From Octopus bimaculoides (Eukaryota): a DNA stretch of 64,000 nucleotides. Below the pieces are notes generated by a model that saw nothing but the letters and a program-made list of their open reading frames with translations, was not told the DNA's origin and made no database searches. The DNA lies in assembly GCF_001194135.2 (NCBI RefSeq), contig NC_068986.1, positions 98,486,957 to 98,550,956 of the forward strand. The letters run 5' to 3'. A program made the position numbers and the translations under genes. Shown piece after piece: positions 37,356 to 49,476 of this stretch. Every line of letters starts with the position of its first letter. Within the stretch, counting starts at the first letter, position 1.

Positions 37356-38781
37356 TTATTACATTATATTATATATATACAATACATGCATATATACGTA
37401 GACACATATATTATACAGAAACGCTTGTATACATGTGTATATACATTTGAATATGTTTCAGCATGTTTGAGTTTTCACGTGGGTGTAGTGTAGTTGTGCA
37501 CGTGCGTGGGTGCGCATCTATAAATCTAATAGCTACCATTTTTTCGCATTAATTCGTCATTTATCATAATTAATACTGACACAAAACTTCGTGGCAGCTG
37601 TTAGTTGACCATTAACAAGAATATTTTTGCATAATTTAAATATAAGTTACTAACGTAAAAAAACGCTATGGCCAAGTATTTGTTTATATGCTGTCTAGAT
37701 ATCAATTAGTTACAGCTGTATGGAATTGTGTAACATCTTCTTCAGAAAACTTTTCTACTGGAAGAAAACTTCTCACAGTAGTTTCCAAAGTAAATGCTGT
37801 TATTTTTGTTGCTAAATCTCCCGTCAAACCTTACAGTATGGTCGAAGATGTTCTAAGCACGACCATTTCGTTAATTGGTGGGTACCTAAAACGATGCTAT
37901 CAAGTATGTCCTTGTTTTGTTTTTTTGTTTTTTTTAATGAAATGGCATGCATGTTTGGAGAGCATTTTAGTCCTTATTTTAAAAATATCTTGTGACTTCG
38001 AAGTGCATAACTCGTTAACGTTTCTTTTGCAAAAATTTTCACACTTACTGTTGGGAAAATTATATATCCCTTTTGCTGACATCAGACGCTCTCAAACTGT
38101 AATTCATAACAAAAGGAATATTATGCACACAACTCTATCCAATCTACTTTCTTCTTTTGGTGACAACTTCATTAAATTCAATCATGCCACGCCGTGAATT
38201 TGTGAAATGTAACCTGTTTATCAACCATCGCTAATAGGATAATAATTCGTATGTTGATTTTTGTGATTCGGAAAATGCAGCAAATGAACAATTTAGTTTT
38301 GGAAAACAATTTCTGATCGCTAAACGATATATTCCTACGTAAATTGCTGTCTGCTGAGAATGTCTTTCTTTCAAAATTAGGTGTAAATTGTCATTATTCT
38401 GTTGAAAATGAAATCAAAATGCAAGCAGTAAGAAAGTAGTATTGTTTTCTACTCGTTACTTCAGTAAATCATGGTTTTGATGCATGTTTCATTGTTACAC
38501 AAGTGATTTCATGCAAACTTTTGAATATAGAATTTCAGATTGAATAACACCATACAGTTGATTTTTGGCATAGGCATTTTCGACTAAAAGCAATTCTAGC
38601 ACATGCATATTTTTACATTCAGCATAAATATAATTAGCGACAAGAACTTTAAATTATTTACATACCTGCGCACGCACACATAAGCACGTACACTCATGAA
38701 CGTGTTTGCGTATGTTTTTGTCAATGTAAATACATATAAAGACATATATATACTTATATGAATATACATGCACAAATATTT

Positions 38782-38833
<52 letters not shown>

Positions 38834-39360
38834 ATGTGTTACGCATGGTTGTATATTTTAACCTTTTCTACTTTTGGTTATTTGTAGTGTTTACCTGCCT
38901 TTTTCAGGTGTAGATTTGACTTGGCATCCATTAACATACTTACATGTAGTTTAGCGGTGAAGGAGGGAATATCTACATTACATTTACATATTAAGCGAAA
39001 AAGCAATATAGCAACGTTAATAAGTTAATGCATTACTTGTACCGACATTTTTCTATAGTTTCGAATTTCTTTCTGATTGTATTCGCTGCCTCATTGTTAT
39101 TAGTTTATGACGATGGAGTCTCTCCAGGCAACTATTTTATCAAGACAGCTACCTGATTGAGTTAGTTATCTTCTTTGATAAACCAATAGCCGGAGGATAC
39201 ACCGAAGCAAGCAACAACTAAGTGATTCATAATATATTACAATACAAAAGATAATACACACACACATATACATACATGCATACATAGATAAACTTACTTG
39301 GAAATGGATGCGTGGCGTTCAATCATATGATAATATAAATAATATATATATTATCATATG

Positions 39361-39409
<49 letters not shown>

Positions 39410-39417
39410 TATCATAT

Positions 39418-39460
<43 letters not shown>

Positions 39461-40183
39461 NNNNNNNNNNNNNNNNNNNNNNNNNNNNNNNNNNNNNNNN
39501 NNNNNNNNNNNNNNNNNNNNNNNNNNNNNNNNNNNNNNNNNNNNNNNNNNNNNNNNNNNNNNNNNNNNNNNNNNNNNNNNNNNNNNNNNNNNNNNNNNNN
39601 NNNNNNNNNNNNNNNNNNNNNNNNNNNNNNNNNNNNNNNNNNNNNNNNNNNNNNNNNNNNNNNNNNNNNNNNNNNNNNNNNNNNNNNNNNNNNNNNNNNN
39701 NNNNNNNNNNNNNNNNNNNNNNNNNNNNNNNNNNNNNNNNNNNNNNNNNNNNNNNNNNNNNNNNNNNNNNNNNNNNNNNNNNNNNNNNNNNNNNNNNNNN
39801 NNNNNNNNNNNNNNNNNNNNNNNNNNNNNNNNNNNNNNNNNNNNNNNNNNNNNNNNNNNNNNNNNNNNNNNNNNNNNNNNNNNNNNNNNNNNNNNNNNNN
39901 NNNNNNNNNNNNNNNNNNNNNNNNNNNNNNNNNNNNNNNNNNNNNNNNNNNNNNNNNNNNNNNNNNNNNNNNNNNNNNNNNNNNNNNNNNNNNNNNNNNN
40001 NNNNNNNNNNNNNNNNNNNNNNNNNNNNNNNNNNNNNNNNNNNNNNNNNNNNNNNNNNNNNNNNNNNNNNNNNNNNNNNNNNNNNNNNNNNNNNNNNNNN
40101 NNNNNNNNNNNNNNNNNNNNNNNNNNNNNNNNNNNNNNNNNNNNNNNNNNNNNNNNNNNNNNNNNNNNNTATATATATCCGTA

Positions 40184-40233
<50 letters not shown>

Positions 40234-41301
40234 GTGTGTGTGTGTGTGTGTGCATATATGGGTACAGAACGTCACGAAACGTAAACAACATGAAATATGA
40301 AGGCAAGCATGGGTATGCGAACAACGAGAGAAACAAATGGTAAACAAGACAAGTAGCATAAAGAACAACCCTTCGGCTGTTCAGCTACTCCACATTTCAA
40401 GCAATTAACGACAGTATGAGGCTTCGATAAACAGTTGCTCCGGCAAATCAAAATAAAATTTGAGATTTGCGGAGGGTCAAATTTGGTAAATAAATCAGAA
40501 TAGTGGAAACATACACCAAACCAAACGAAGACAAACATGGAGGGCTGTTAGTTCAGAGGAGTTAAGGTATCGAACGCTGGAGGAATATTCTTTGACAAAA
40601 GAAAAGATAAGAGAGGTGACAGATAAGAATGCGTCTGGTCTGTGCGACAGATTGAAGAAAAAGAAAAATGATCATGTGAGGAAAAGAAAGATGGATGATG
40701 GTCACGTATGAGTAACGAGAGAGAGTAAATGAGGAAAAGGGAGAGAGATAGAAAACGGTGAAGGTAAGAAAAAAGAATTAGAAAAAGGATAACGCGAGTG
40801 TGCGTGTCTGAGTGAGTCATTGTTTATTTTATATTATATAATACTATATACAAATATTATATTGTATATCATATATCGTATTCATATATTATATTGTATT
40901 ATACTATATTTTACTATATTATATTATAATCTACACACAGTCTTCATTGGGGTATACTGCTTTCGACAGCTATCGAATGGATTTTAAAACTATCTTGGCG
41001 CCTTCCGAAACTATTACCCCTTTTAGCCAAGTAGAATGATGCTACCAGGAAATATGCGCATGATCGCTGCTCGCACTGTAATATGCCTAATGCCCTTCAC
41101 CATGCACAGCAGGATGCATCAATCAGCGCTTCTTATACAGCCGATATTAAGTTTACTACTCACTGAGGATTAAGCAATTCATTACCATCAGCTTGGTCTT
41201 TCTCTCACATAAATTTTCCATATTCGTAGAGCGATGATGACAATGAAGCCAAGTTTCTCAAGCGCAAGGGTTATTAAGTTATCGATATATGTTTGTATAT
41301 A

Positions 41302-41345
<44 letters not shown>

Positions 41346-41354
41346 TGTGTGTCT

Positions 41355-41392
<38 letters not shown>

Positions 41393-41394
41393 AG

Positions 41395-41420
41395 CTAGAT
41401 AGATAAGTAGGTAGACAGAG

Positions 41421-41480
<60 letters not shown>

Positions 41481-41533
41481 TGATTGATTTTATTGATTGA
41501 TTGATTGATTGATTGATTTGATTGATTGATTGA

Positions 41534-41564
<31 letters not shown>

Positions 41565-41565
41565 C
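41395..41565. repeat. Compound (GATA)(GACA)(GATT)n microsatellite
   Basis: Read directly from the sequence. Confidence 0.97.
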
Positions 41566-41884
41566 ATCGTCGCTGTACATATAGCTTGCAGTCAAATCAG
41601 ACTGCCTTTGCTGTAGAGTGAAACAAAGAAATATTTACTAGTTTCACCTGCTTATTGCTTTCCCATCAACCCTCTCAAACTATTGTACTCTAAAGGCAGA
41701 GACGGGCAGACAGAAAAGAGGGGCATGAAATACCATGCAACTATTTACGGGAAAATGTCTGTTTTACACTTTTAAACGAGTTGCCAATATCTAGGAGAGA
41801 TTAGTACAAATAGGCGCAGCTCGTGAATGCACTGATATGCAAATAAACCCAAGATTCCGAGGTGGATTCCAGGCAGTCACCTGG

Positions 41885-41956
<72 letters not shown>

Positions 41957-42002
41957 TCGAAAAATACCTTAAGAATGAGAACCCAGTTTCGAAATTTCCC
42001 CC

Positions 42003-42050
42003 AAAACACCTGATGAAGGCTGGAGGGTATATCAGCCGAAACGTTGTATT
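42003..42050 (+). ncRNA. Minimal type I hammerhead in the 5' pLTR
   Basis: ACAC CUGAUGA A GGCUG-gagggtatat-CAGCC GAAA CGUU / GUAUU. Palindromic ACGU stem III; predicted cut after 42045. Confidence 0.65.
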
Positions 42051-42059
42051 AACAACAAA

Positions 42060-44463
42060 CAGGATGAGGACAAATATCCGACAAATATAAATATTATAAA
42101 TAATGTACATAATTCCTCATCTCTTAAATATAGAACCGTATTATCTAATCGGTACGGAGCCGACATTAGACTTCAAAGGAGACATATAGAGAAACTCCAT
42201 CAAAAACTAGCTCGTCTTTCAAACCATCTAACTTTCTTGTGTAGATGTAGAGACTCAAAGCTAATACCACCTGGCTTGAATATAATAACACCAGTGAATT
42301 CATATAAAGCTAGAAGAGTAAAGGAAAGAGCAGGACATGCTCTCGTCTGTGAGGGGATCTATTACAACCGTTGGAAGAAATAACAACTAAATAACGAAAT
42401 CAAAGACAGGTTATCTTCATTATTTAGGAAAATAACCAGAGATGATGATAGAAAGAGAATCCAACAAGATCTAGAAAAGTCGTACATGAAAGAATTTGAA
42501 ATGGTGAAGACACGCTAAATTAAGAAGTTTATGAAACTCAAAGGTTAGAGAATGAAGATTGAAGTCCGTCACCCATCTGTGAAAGCAGTAATTAATGTAA
42601 GTAGCCGACATCTAGAAAGCTCTGAAGAAGCAGTACTAAACAAAGGACTCAACTTTGCGACAACCATCAGCCGCATTCCATAGTTGGACATAATAGCCCC
42701 TATTGAAGAGATAGCCATAAAGATACCAAAAGTTCAGTGAGATTAATTAAGGTGGAAAATGAGACAGGTACTAGAAAAAGCGAAACTTCCCAAACCGATC
42801 ATCACCAAGGAAGAAACGCTCGCTATCAAAAGACTACAGTGTGACAATTCCATCATAATACTTCCAGCAGACAAGGGGAATGCTACAGTGGTGATGAACA
42901 AGTCTGACTACTCGGAAAAACTGGCAAGTCTTATAAGTGATGGTAGCTACAGTAAGGTAAAAAAAGACCCTGCTTTGAAAACAGAGAGGAGTTTGTCATA
43001 GATCTTGATCAAGAACAAGGATCATTTTACACCAATGAAGTACAGACAACTGACTCAACACTACAGTAAACTACCACACATGTACGGTCTTCCTAAAATT
43101 CACAAGGATGGTATTCCATTAAGAGCTATAGTGAGCTGTAGAGGTTCAGCATGTCATCCACTGAGCCGCTTCCTTGCTGATAGTCCATTAGCAGAAAAGT
43201 CAGTATTGTACGTGAAGAATTCCACCCACTACACAGAATTTATCAAGGATACCTCCATTGAATCCAACCAGATGGTGAGTCTAGATGTGATAAGTCTGTT
43301 CACCAAAGTCCCAACTGGTGAAACAATATCGGTGATTCAAGAAAATCTAGTGACAGACACCCATCTAAAAGAACGCACTAGTATACCAATGGGAAACTTG
43401 ATGGAAATGTTAACCTTCTGAGTAGAAACTACCTACTTCAGTATGGACACTGATATATATATCGACAAGAATAGGGTTTAGCTATGGGTTCGCCATTATC
43501 ACCGATAATAGTCAATATATACATGGAATACTTTGAGAATATGACTTTAAGATCAACACCACTAAAACCAACTCTATGGCTGCGATATGTTGATGGCACC
43601 TTTATACTCTGACCCATCAGGAAGATGTCCAAGTACTGTTAGATCATGTGAACTCAATAAAGCCATCCATACAGTTCACAAAGGAAAAAGAAAAACACAA
43701 TCAGCTAACATACCTGGACGTATTAATAACACGCACCAAGTATGGATTCAGGACATCCGTATACCGCAAACCGACCTTCACTGGACGATACCTCAACTTC
43801 AACTCCCACCATTCATACAGTATAAAGAGAGGGATTGCTCAGTACCTAAGATATCACATCACGGAGAAATTATCAAGCTCAGTAACAGTCTATTAAGCAA
43901 CAACTACCTCAAAAGCATACTCTCCACTCCAATTATAAAGAAAAGAGAGGATGAAACCGAGAAACTGTCCACAGTCTGTCTACTCTATGTGAAAGGCCGC
44001 TCCGAAAAGATACAAAAGATATGCGGCCCATATGACATCAGGACAGCATTCAAAAGTAATACAACACTTCGCAAATATCTTCTTCTACTAAAACCACCAA
44101 TAGAAGAGAATATGACCAAGAACTACGTATACTCAGTCCCATGCAGCTATGGTAGGTTATACAAAGGCGAAACATGTCGCCCCCTCAAAATTCAAAATAA
44201 GGGTAGAGGAACATCGCAAAGCTGTGACACGGGGAGATATTGATAAATCGGGTATAGCTGATCATGTATGGAAAAATGGAGGCCACCTTACCCTGTGGGA
44301 TGAAGTTAAAATAATAGACAGAGAACACCACTGGAAAATACGAAAATTAAAAGAGGCAGCACATATGCTAGGACACAACTAACTCCTAAGCAGACCGAGT
44401 GCAAATATGTACAGCATATGGGAACCGGTATTAAGGAAGGATAGGAGAATATTAGATTTATAA
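42060..44463 (+). pseudogene. PLE RT-EN ORF with several stops and frameshifts; YVDD changed to YVDG
   Basis: ORF pieces 42759-43001, 43005-43421, 43648-43896 and 44149-44382, plus manual translation of 42060-42380. Confidence 0.9.
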
Positions 44464-44622
44464 GCCCTAACATTCACTCCATAATTGCCCACGGGCATAT
44501 GGCGTAGTGGTTAAGAGCGCGGGCTACTATCCCCATTTCCAGGCAGTGATAATAATAATATTAATAATAATAATAATAATAATAACAACATCAAAAAATA
44601 CCCAGTTTCCAAATTTCCCTAA

Positions 44623-44668
44623 GACACCTGATGGAGGCTGGTGGGTATCTCAGCTGAAACGTTATGTT
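44623..44668 (+). ncRNA. Degenerate hammerhead in the 3' pLTR
   Basis: GACAC CUGAUGG A GGCUG-gtgggtatct-CAGCU GAAA CGUU / AUGUU; carries an A9G core change. Confidence 0.5.
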
Positions 44669-44960
44669 AACAACAAACAAGATGAAAACAAATATCCGGC
44701 AAATGTAAATAATATACATAATTCCTCATCTCTTAAATATAGAACTGTATAGTATATGGATATCGTTAACTAGACCATATTTACTTATCCATTTAATTTG
44801 ACCTTATCCACTGAAATTCATATACAGCTAATAAGAAATAAATGCGATTATGAACCAGTAAACGGGAAGATTGAATCGCCAACTTATAGCAGAAATTATA
44901 TGTAGGATAGTTTTCGTTAAACTTCTGTGATTCTTCAACTAGGTTTTTCTGTAATTAGTC

Positions 44961-45005
<45 letters not shown>

Positions 45006-46599
45006 NNNNNNNNNNNNNNNNNNNNNNNNNNNNNNNNNNNNNNNNNNNNNNNNNNNNNNNNNNNNNNNNNNNNNNNNNNNNNNNNNNNNNNNNNNNNNNN
45101 NNNNNNNNNNNNNNNNNNNNNNNNNNNNNNNNNNNNNNNNNNNNNNNNNNNNNNNNNNNNNNNNNNNNNNNNNNNNNNNNNNNNNNNNNNNNNNNNNNNN
45201 NNNNNNNNNNNNNNNNNNNNNNNNNNNNNNNNNNNNNNNNNNNNNNNNNNNNNTATATATACATATATGAAGTTTTCATTTCATAATTGTACCACATATA
45301 TGATTGGGATTACGATTATAGAAAAACGGTGGCAGTTATATAAAAACCATCTAAGCAAGATTTAGCCGAAATAGAATTTCTTTTCGTCTAAGATATTGAG
45401 GGCTTAATTAAGAAAATTGGAATTCCATACAAAACAGATGATTACTTATCGATTCTATAGATGGAACCATGAAAGCTGTTTTACTGTATAATTGACCATC
45501 TCCTGGACGTTCTTTATTTATGCCACATTCGTTGTAATCAGTACTCAGAAACGAGAAGCATGGAGCTCCAACTAAGAAGTATGAATTATTGTGACCCAAT
45601 TTGCTATTGTTTATTTGTTATTTTTGGGCTGATCAAAACGTATTGGATGTATTACGGGGCTTCACGCTGATTGCATTAGATGATCAAATTATCTACGTCT
45701 TTATTGGGAGCAGGTATATTTCGCAATATTTTTATACGGTAGATAAGAGCATCTAGAAAATAGTTTTTATTTGATATGGATAGTGTTGAAACTTTAGCAC
45801 TACTAAATGAAAGGAAATATAATTTATTATGATCAGACATTTTGAAAGCTCTGGTGTGACCCACATACGTATTTTTTCTCTAAGTCATGGAAACTCAACC
45901 ACAGCAGCAATCAGTAACAACAATTAAATTCGGATATGATAAGCTAACTCTCAATTCCACTGCGCGGCAACTCGTGCAATTATAACTTCAAGAAAACCAA
46001 TTACTTATGATTGTGATTGAGTTAACAATTCCGAGAAACTGCTCCGTTTTTTAACAGGTAAATGTAGTCCAGTATCGGGTTTTAAATAATCATTGAACGC
46101 GTTTCGCGAGTTCCACTGCATTCAAAGCATTAATATAACAACTATTTGGTCTGGAAGGTCCAGGAAATTGCCGTGGGTTAAGTTCTCTTCCTTCTCTGAG
46201 ATTACCATTAAAGAGGATATGAAGAAAAAGAACGTGAATAGAACTCAGAGCATCATACAAGTCACACATTATTTATATAAATGCACAATACTCGCACGGT
46301 ACTGTGTTACAAAAAAAGAATTAGACTCCTTGAGAATAACAGTCAAATCATCATCAAAATTTAATGTATTATCGTAAGGTACGAGATATTAGATAATGCA
46401 TATATCTCCTGTGGAAAACATCTTCTGTCATTCCTCTAAATTATTACTTCCAATTATGGTTGCAATATAGCGTCCAATCTGACAGCGGTTCTGGAAGCAA
46501 TCTAATGCTGTTACACCAAGATTACTTTCGTGCAAAGATGAGCAAGAGAAAAGACGCGAAAGATGTGCTGTGATAAGTAAGTGTATGGAAACCTAGATG

Positions 46600-46950
46600 A
46601 TTTAGTGCTTAAACGGAGAATTGAAGGCTGTACCAACGCTCGAAATGGACGCTACTGCGTTGTACCAAACATCCTCTCCATCTAAGCTGACTCCAACACT
46701 TTAAAAGCTTAGTGACCAAGGGCTCGTAAATTCTCCATAGCTTTAAAATGAAAAAGAACCCCACAACTCGTAGATGAAGATGTTTTCAAAAGGAATTTAG
46801 ATAAATTTTTATCTGAAATAGCAGATGAACCAATATCATGCAAATAACGCAAAGGTGACGAGAGCTGAACAACTCCGAAACCAAACGCGGAGAGCAAAAC
46901 GTGGAACCTGAAATAAACTAAGTACACTAATGGCAGTGCCCAGCAAGTTA
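46600..46950 (+). mobile_element. CR1-group LINE 3' end fragment
   Basis: CTNARNGRYCVVPNI...VDEDVFKRNLDKFLSEIADEP resembles a CR1-type ORF2 C-terminus. Confidence 0.6.
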
Positions 46951-47399
46951 CCAGCAACGCTCACGATTGCATCTGGTAAAATGAAGTCCAGTACAATTTG
47001 CTACATAGTGAATTCACCGCTGTCTAAACTAGGTGTCTCACAAGGTTAGCCTGGTGAAAAGGATTACTAGAAATCTAGCAGGACAAAATTCAGTTCCTGT
47101 TAAGGACGCATTCAACGTGGATTTAGTTAGTAAGGAAGAAATATTTGTCATGATGAACAAGCGTGCCGCAATACCACTTAGGAATAATGAATCCCAGGTT
47201 CTTGTTAGATCTGTCACAAAGAAAGGTTCTCTGATGTAAAACCTGAGAATCTTTCGGGTTCTGTTCGTCGCAGCAAATGATGGCCCACCGTGAGATAAGC
47301 TATTCTATCTGGAAAGTAAGTGCAATTTTGTATACTCTTCAGTCTTAATAATCAATTCTATGCAAAGAAACTTCTTGGAAAACACAAAGTTCCGTGATA

Positions 47400-48292
47400 C
47401 GAGTGGATATTAGAACATATCAGCTTTCCCAGTTGCTTTCTGATACTGTTCCCAAGGACCCAACGATAATTGGCACTATCATCATCTTCTTCATTTTCCA
47501 TAGCCGGGCTATTTCGTACTTAAGAGGGTTGTATTTATCTACCTTTTCGCCTTCCTTCTTGATTATTCGTGTGTCACAGGGTCATACAACATCAACTGCA
47601 TAGCATATGTGGTGCATCTTTTCCATCTCTACTAGGTCCAGTCTGTGATGCTCTAGCACCTGATCTGTTTCGATACTTTTTCCAAGCAGTCGCTCAACAT
47701 TCAATGGAATACCAAATAGGTTCATACATTCCATAATCCAAGAATGTAGTATCATATCGTACACCTTACGATAGTTGATCCATGACATGGCTAAGTTAGT
47801 TTTCCTCCTCTTGCAGTCTCTAAGTACAGTTTTGTCTATCAAGAGTTGATCCTTGGTACCTCTGCACTTACGCTTGCAACCCTTCTGCTCATGTGGCAGG
47901 ACTCCATTTTCTCCAGATGTTCATACATTGACTCTGTGAGTATTCCAGTCAATAACTTCCACATAAGTGGCAAACAAGATATCGACCTGTAATTGTCTAC
48001 CGTATTGCCGTTTGCGATGTTTTTCAAGCACAGCACTGTCCTACTCAATGTGAACCACTCTAGTGTTACTCGGTCGGCATTTAGATAGGTGTTGAGTTGC
48101 GCAGCTATTCGTGCATGACATTCACCAAATCTTTTGATCCAGTAGCCTTGAACTCCATCTGGTCCCGGGGTCTTCCAGTTGCTCATTTTTTTTTTGCTGA
48201 TTTCCTTCACTTCCCTAACTGAAATGACTAGTTCTGCCGGTTTTGGACAGACTAATGCTTGTTTCAGTTCTGGCAACCATTCAGCAAGTTGT
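47400..48292 (-). mobile_element. R4/Dong-clade LINE fragment, 5'-truncated, with an internal deletion
   Basis: [60 protein letters not shown]...HSWI joined directly to the restriction-like endonuclease region [13 protein letters not shown]...DVV*PCDTRI..KY..LKYEIARLWKMK..IVPIIVGSLGTV. Confidence 0.9.
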
Positions 48293-48300
48293 TGCTGTTG

Positions 48301-48352
<52 letters not shown>

Positions 48353-48357
48353 CATCA

Positions 48358-48439
<82 letters not shown>

Positions 48440-48440
48440 G
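48293..48440. repeat. (TTA)n/(TCA)n microsatellite abutting the Dong 5' junction
   Basis: Read directly from the sequence. Confidence 0.97.
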
Positions 48441-48643
48441 CAGGCGTCTAAGACGCCTAGTTATTTGAATCGCTAAAGCATCAAACGACTTTTGCGTTTA
48501 TTTTTTTTAGTTTTTGTTCTGACTCTTTACGTCGTGAATTCAAATCCCGCTGAGTCAAGTTTTCCGATGAATCAAATATTGTATAAACGCATTATCTGAA
48601 AGAAGAAAGTGATATCCAAAGACGAAATGCAATAGCTATCAGC

Positions 48644-49025
48644 GTATTCACGTTCAAATCTGCCGGAATATATTAAGAATGAATATGTACGTCGTTGTTT
48701 TGGTTCACGCTGTTCTTCGTGCAAACAACACGTTACTGTCGGGCTGGACGCAATCAGGACTCATTAGCAAATATTTCATTGGCTGAATTCTATAAATAAG
48801 TCACCAGTCTTGCTTAGTTTCGTTAATCCAGTGTTAGCATTGACTAAAGAGACACAACGCAACTTAGTCGACACACGTGAGTAATAAGGATACCATACTT
48901 CAATGAACTTAGTATATGGTGAATACTCATCGATGAGATGAGCTGTTCTCCGAAACCGGAACACAACAACGATTAGTATGTTCGCGTTCAAGTCTGCCAG
49001 AATGTATTAAGTGTAAACATGTACG
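48644..49025 (+). mobile_element. pLTR-like unit bounded by ~45-bp direct repeats, with a decayed hammerhead
   Basis: TTC(A/G)CGTTCAA(A/G)TCTGCC(G/A)GAAT(A/G)TATTAAG at 48647 and 48981; TCGATGA...GAG/CTC..GAAACCGG at 48930-48959. Confidence 0.4.
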
Positions 49026-49439
49026 CTTTCGTGTATTTTGATTTGTTTTTCCTGTATTGGATAAAGTAATTACGGTGATATGTTTTTCAATACTTAATGA
49101 AAATATTATGTGATTGGTATGCATGCAAGGCCTGAGTATTTTGTTATAAGTTTCTTTGCTTGTTTTTTAATCATTTCAACTCAATCTTGTATTATACTAA
49201 TGTTTCTGTTTTGAACCGCCACAATTTGTTCATCAGCATTTCATTATATGCTTATATTTATTTAGATTATCCTTTTAGATCTCATTGTGATACATTAAGG
49301 TCTGTTGAGGGATCAGGAGATACTTCATTTCCTGATGGTCTTTGACATTAATATCCGGCCGTTTTACCTTATCAGTTTGTTTATGCGGATACAAATATCC
49401 CATAACATAATCATTATTACGTTCTTCGACAAATATTCC

Positions 49440-49476
<37 letters not shown>

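Larger units (their letters stand above)
41844..44748 (+). mobile_element. Near-complete Penelope-like element (Poseidon/Penelope-type RT plus C-terminal GIY-YIG) flanked by direct pLTRs
   Basis: 5' pLTR 41844-42136 (truncated) and 3' pLTR 44487-44748. The ORF carries NHLTFLCRC..LIPPGL, ADKGNATVVM, YGLPKIHK..PLRAIVS, SLDVISLFTKVP, GLAMGSPLSP, LRYVDG, YLDVLI, VYRKPTFTGRYLNFNSHH, VYSVPCS..RLYKGET, KSGIADHVW and RKLKEAAH. Confidence 0.93.

Noticed and set aside
37688-38197. 169-aa plus-strand ORF
   Set aside because: No recognisable domain. The opposite strand has a stop-riddled frame that might be a decayed transposase, but I cannot assign it.
45485-45571. 87-nt phase 1-1 candidate exon on the minus strand (GAPCFSFLSTDYNECGINKERPGDGQLY)
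   Set aside because: Weak pyrimidine tract and donor, no recognisable homology, no partner exons. It would need RNA-seq or tBLASTn support.
47033-47321. 68-aa ORF plus a strong GTAAGT donor as a host exon
   Set aside because: All three plus frames are closed shortly before the donor, and there is no recognisable homology.
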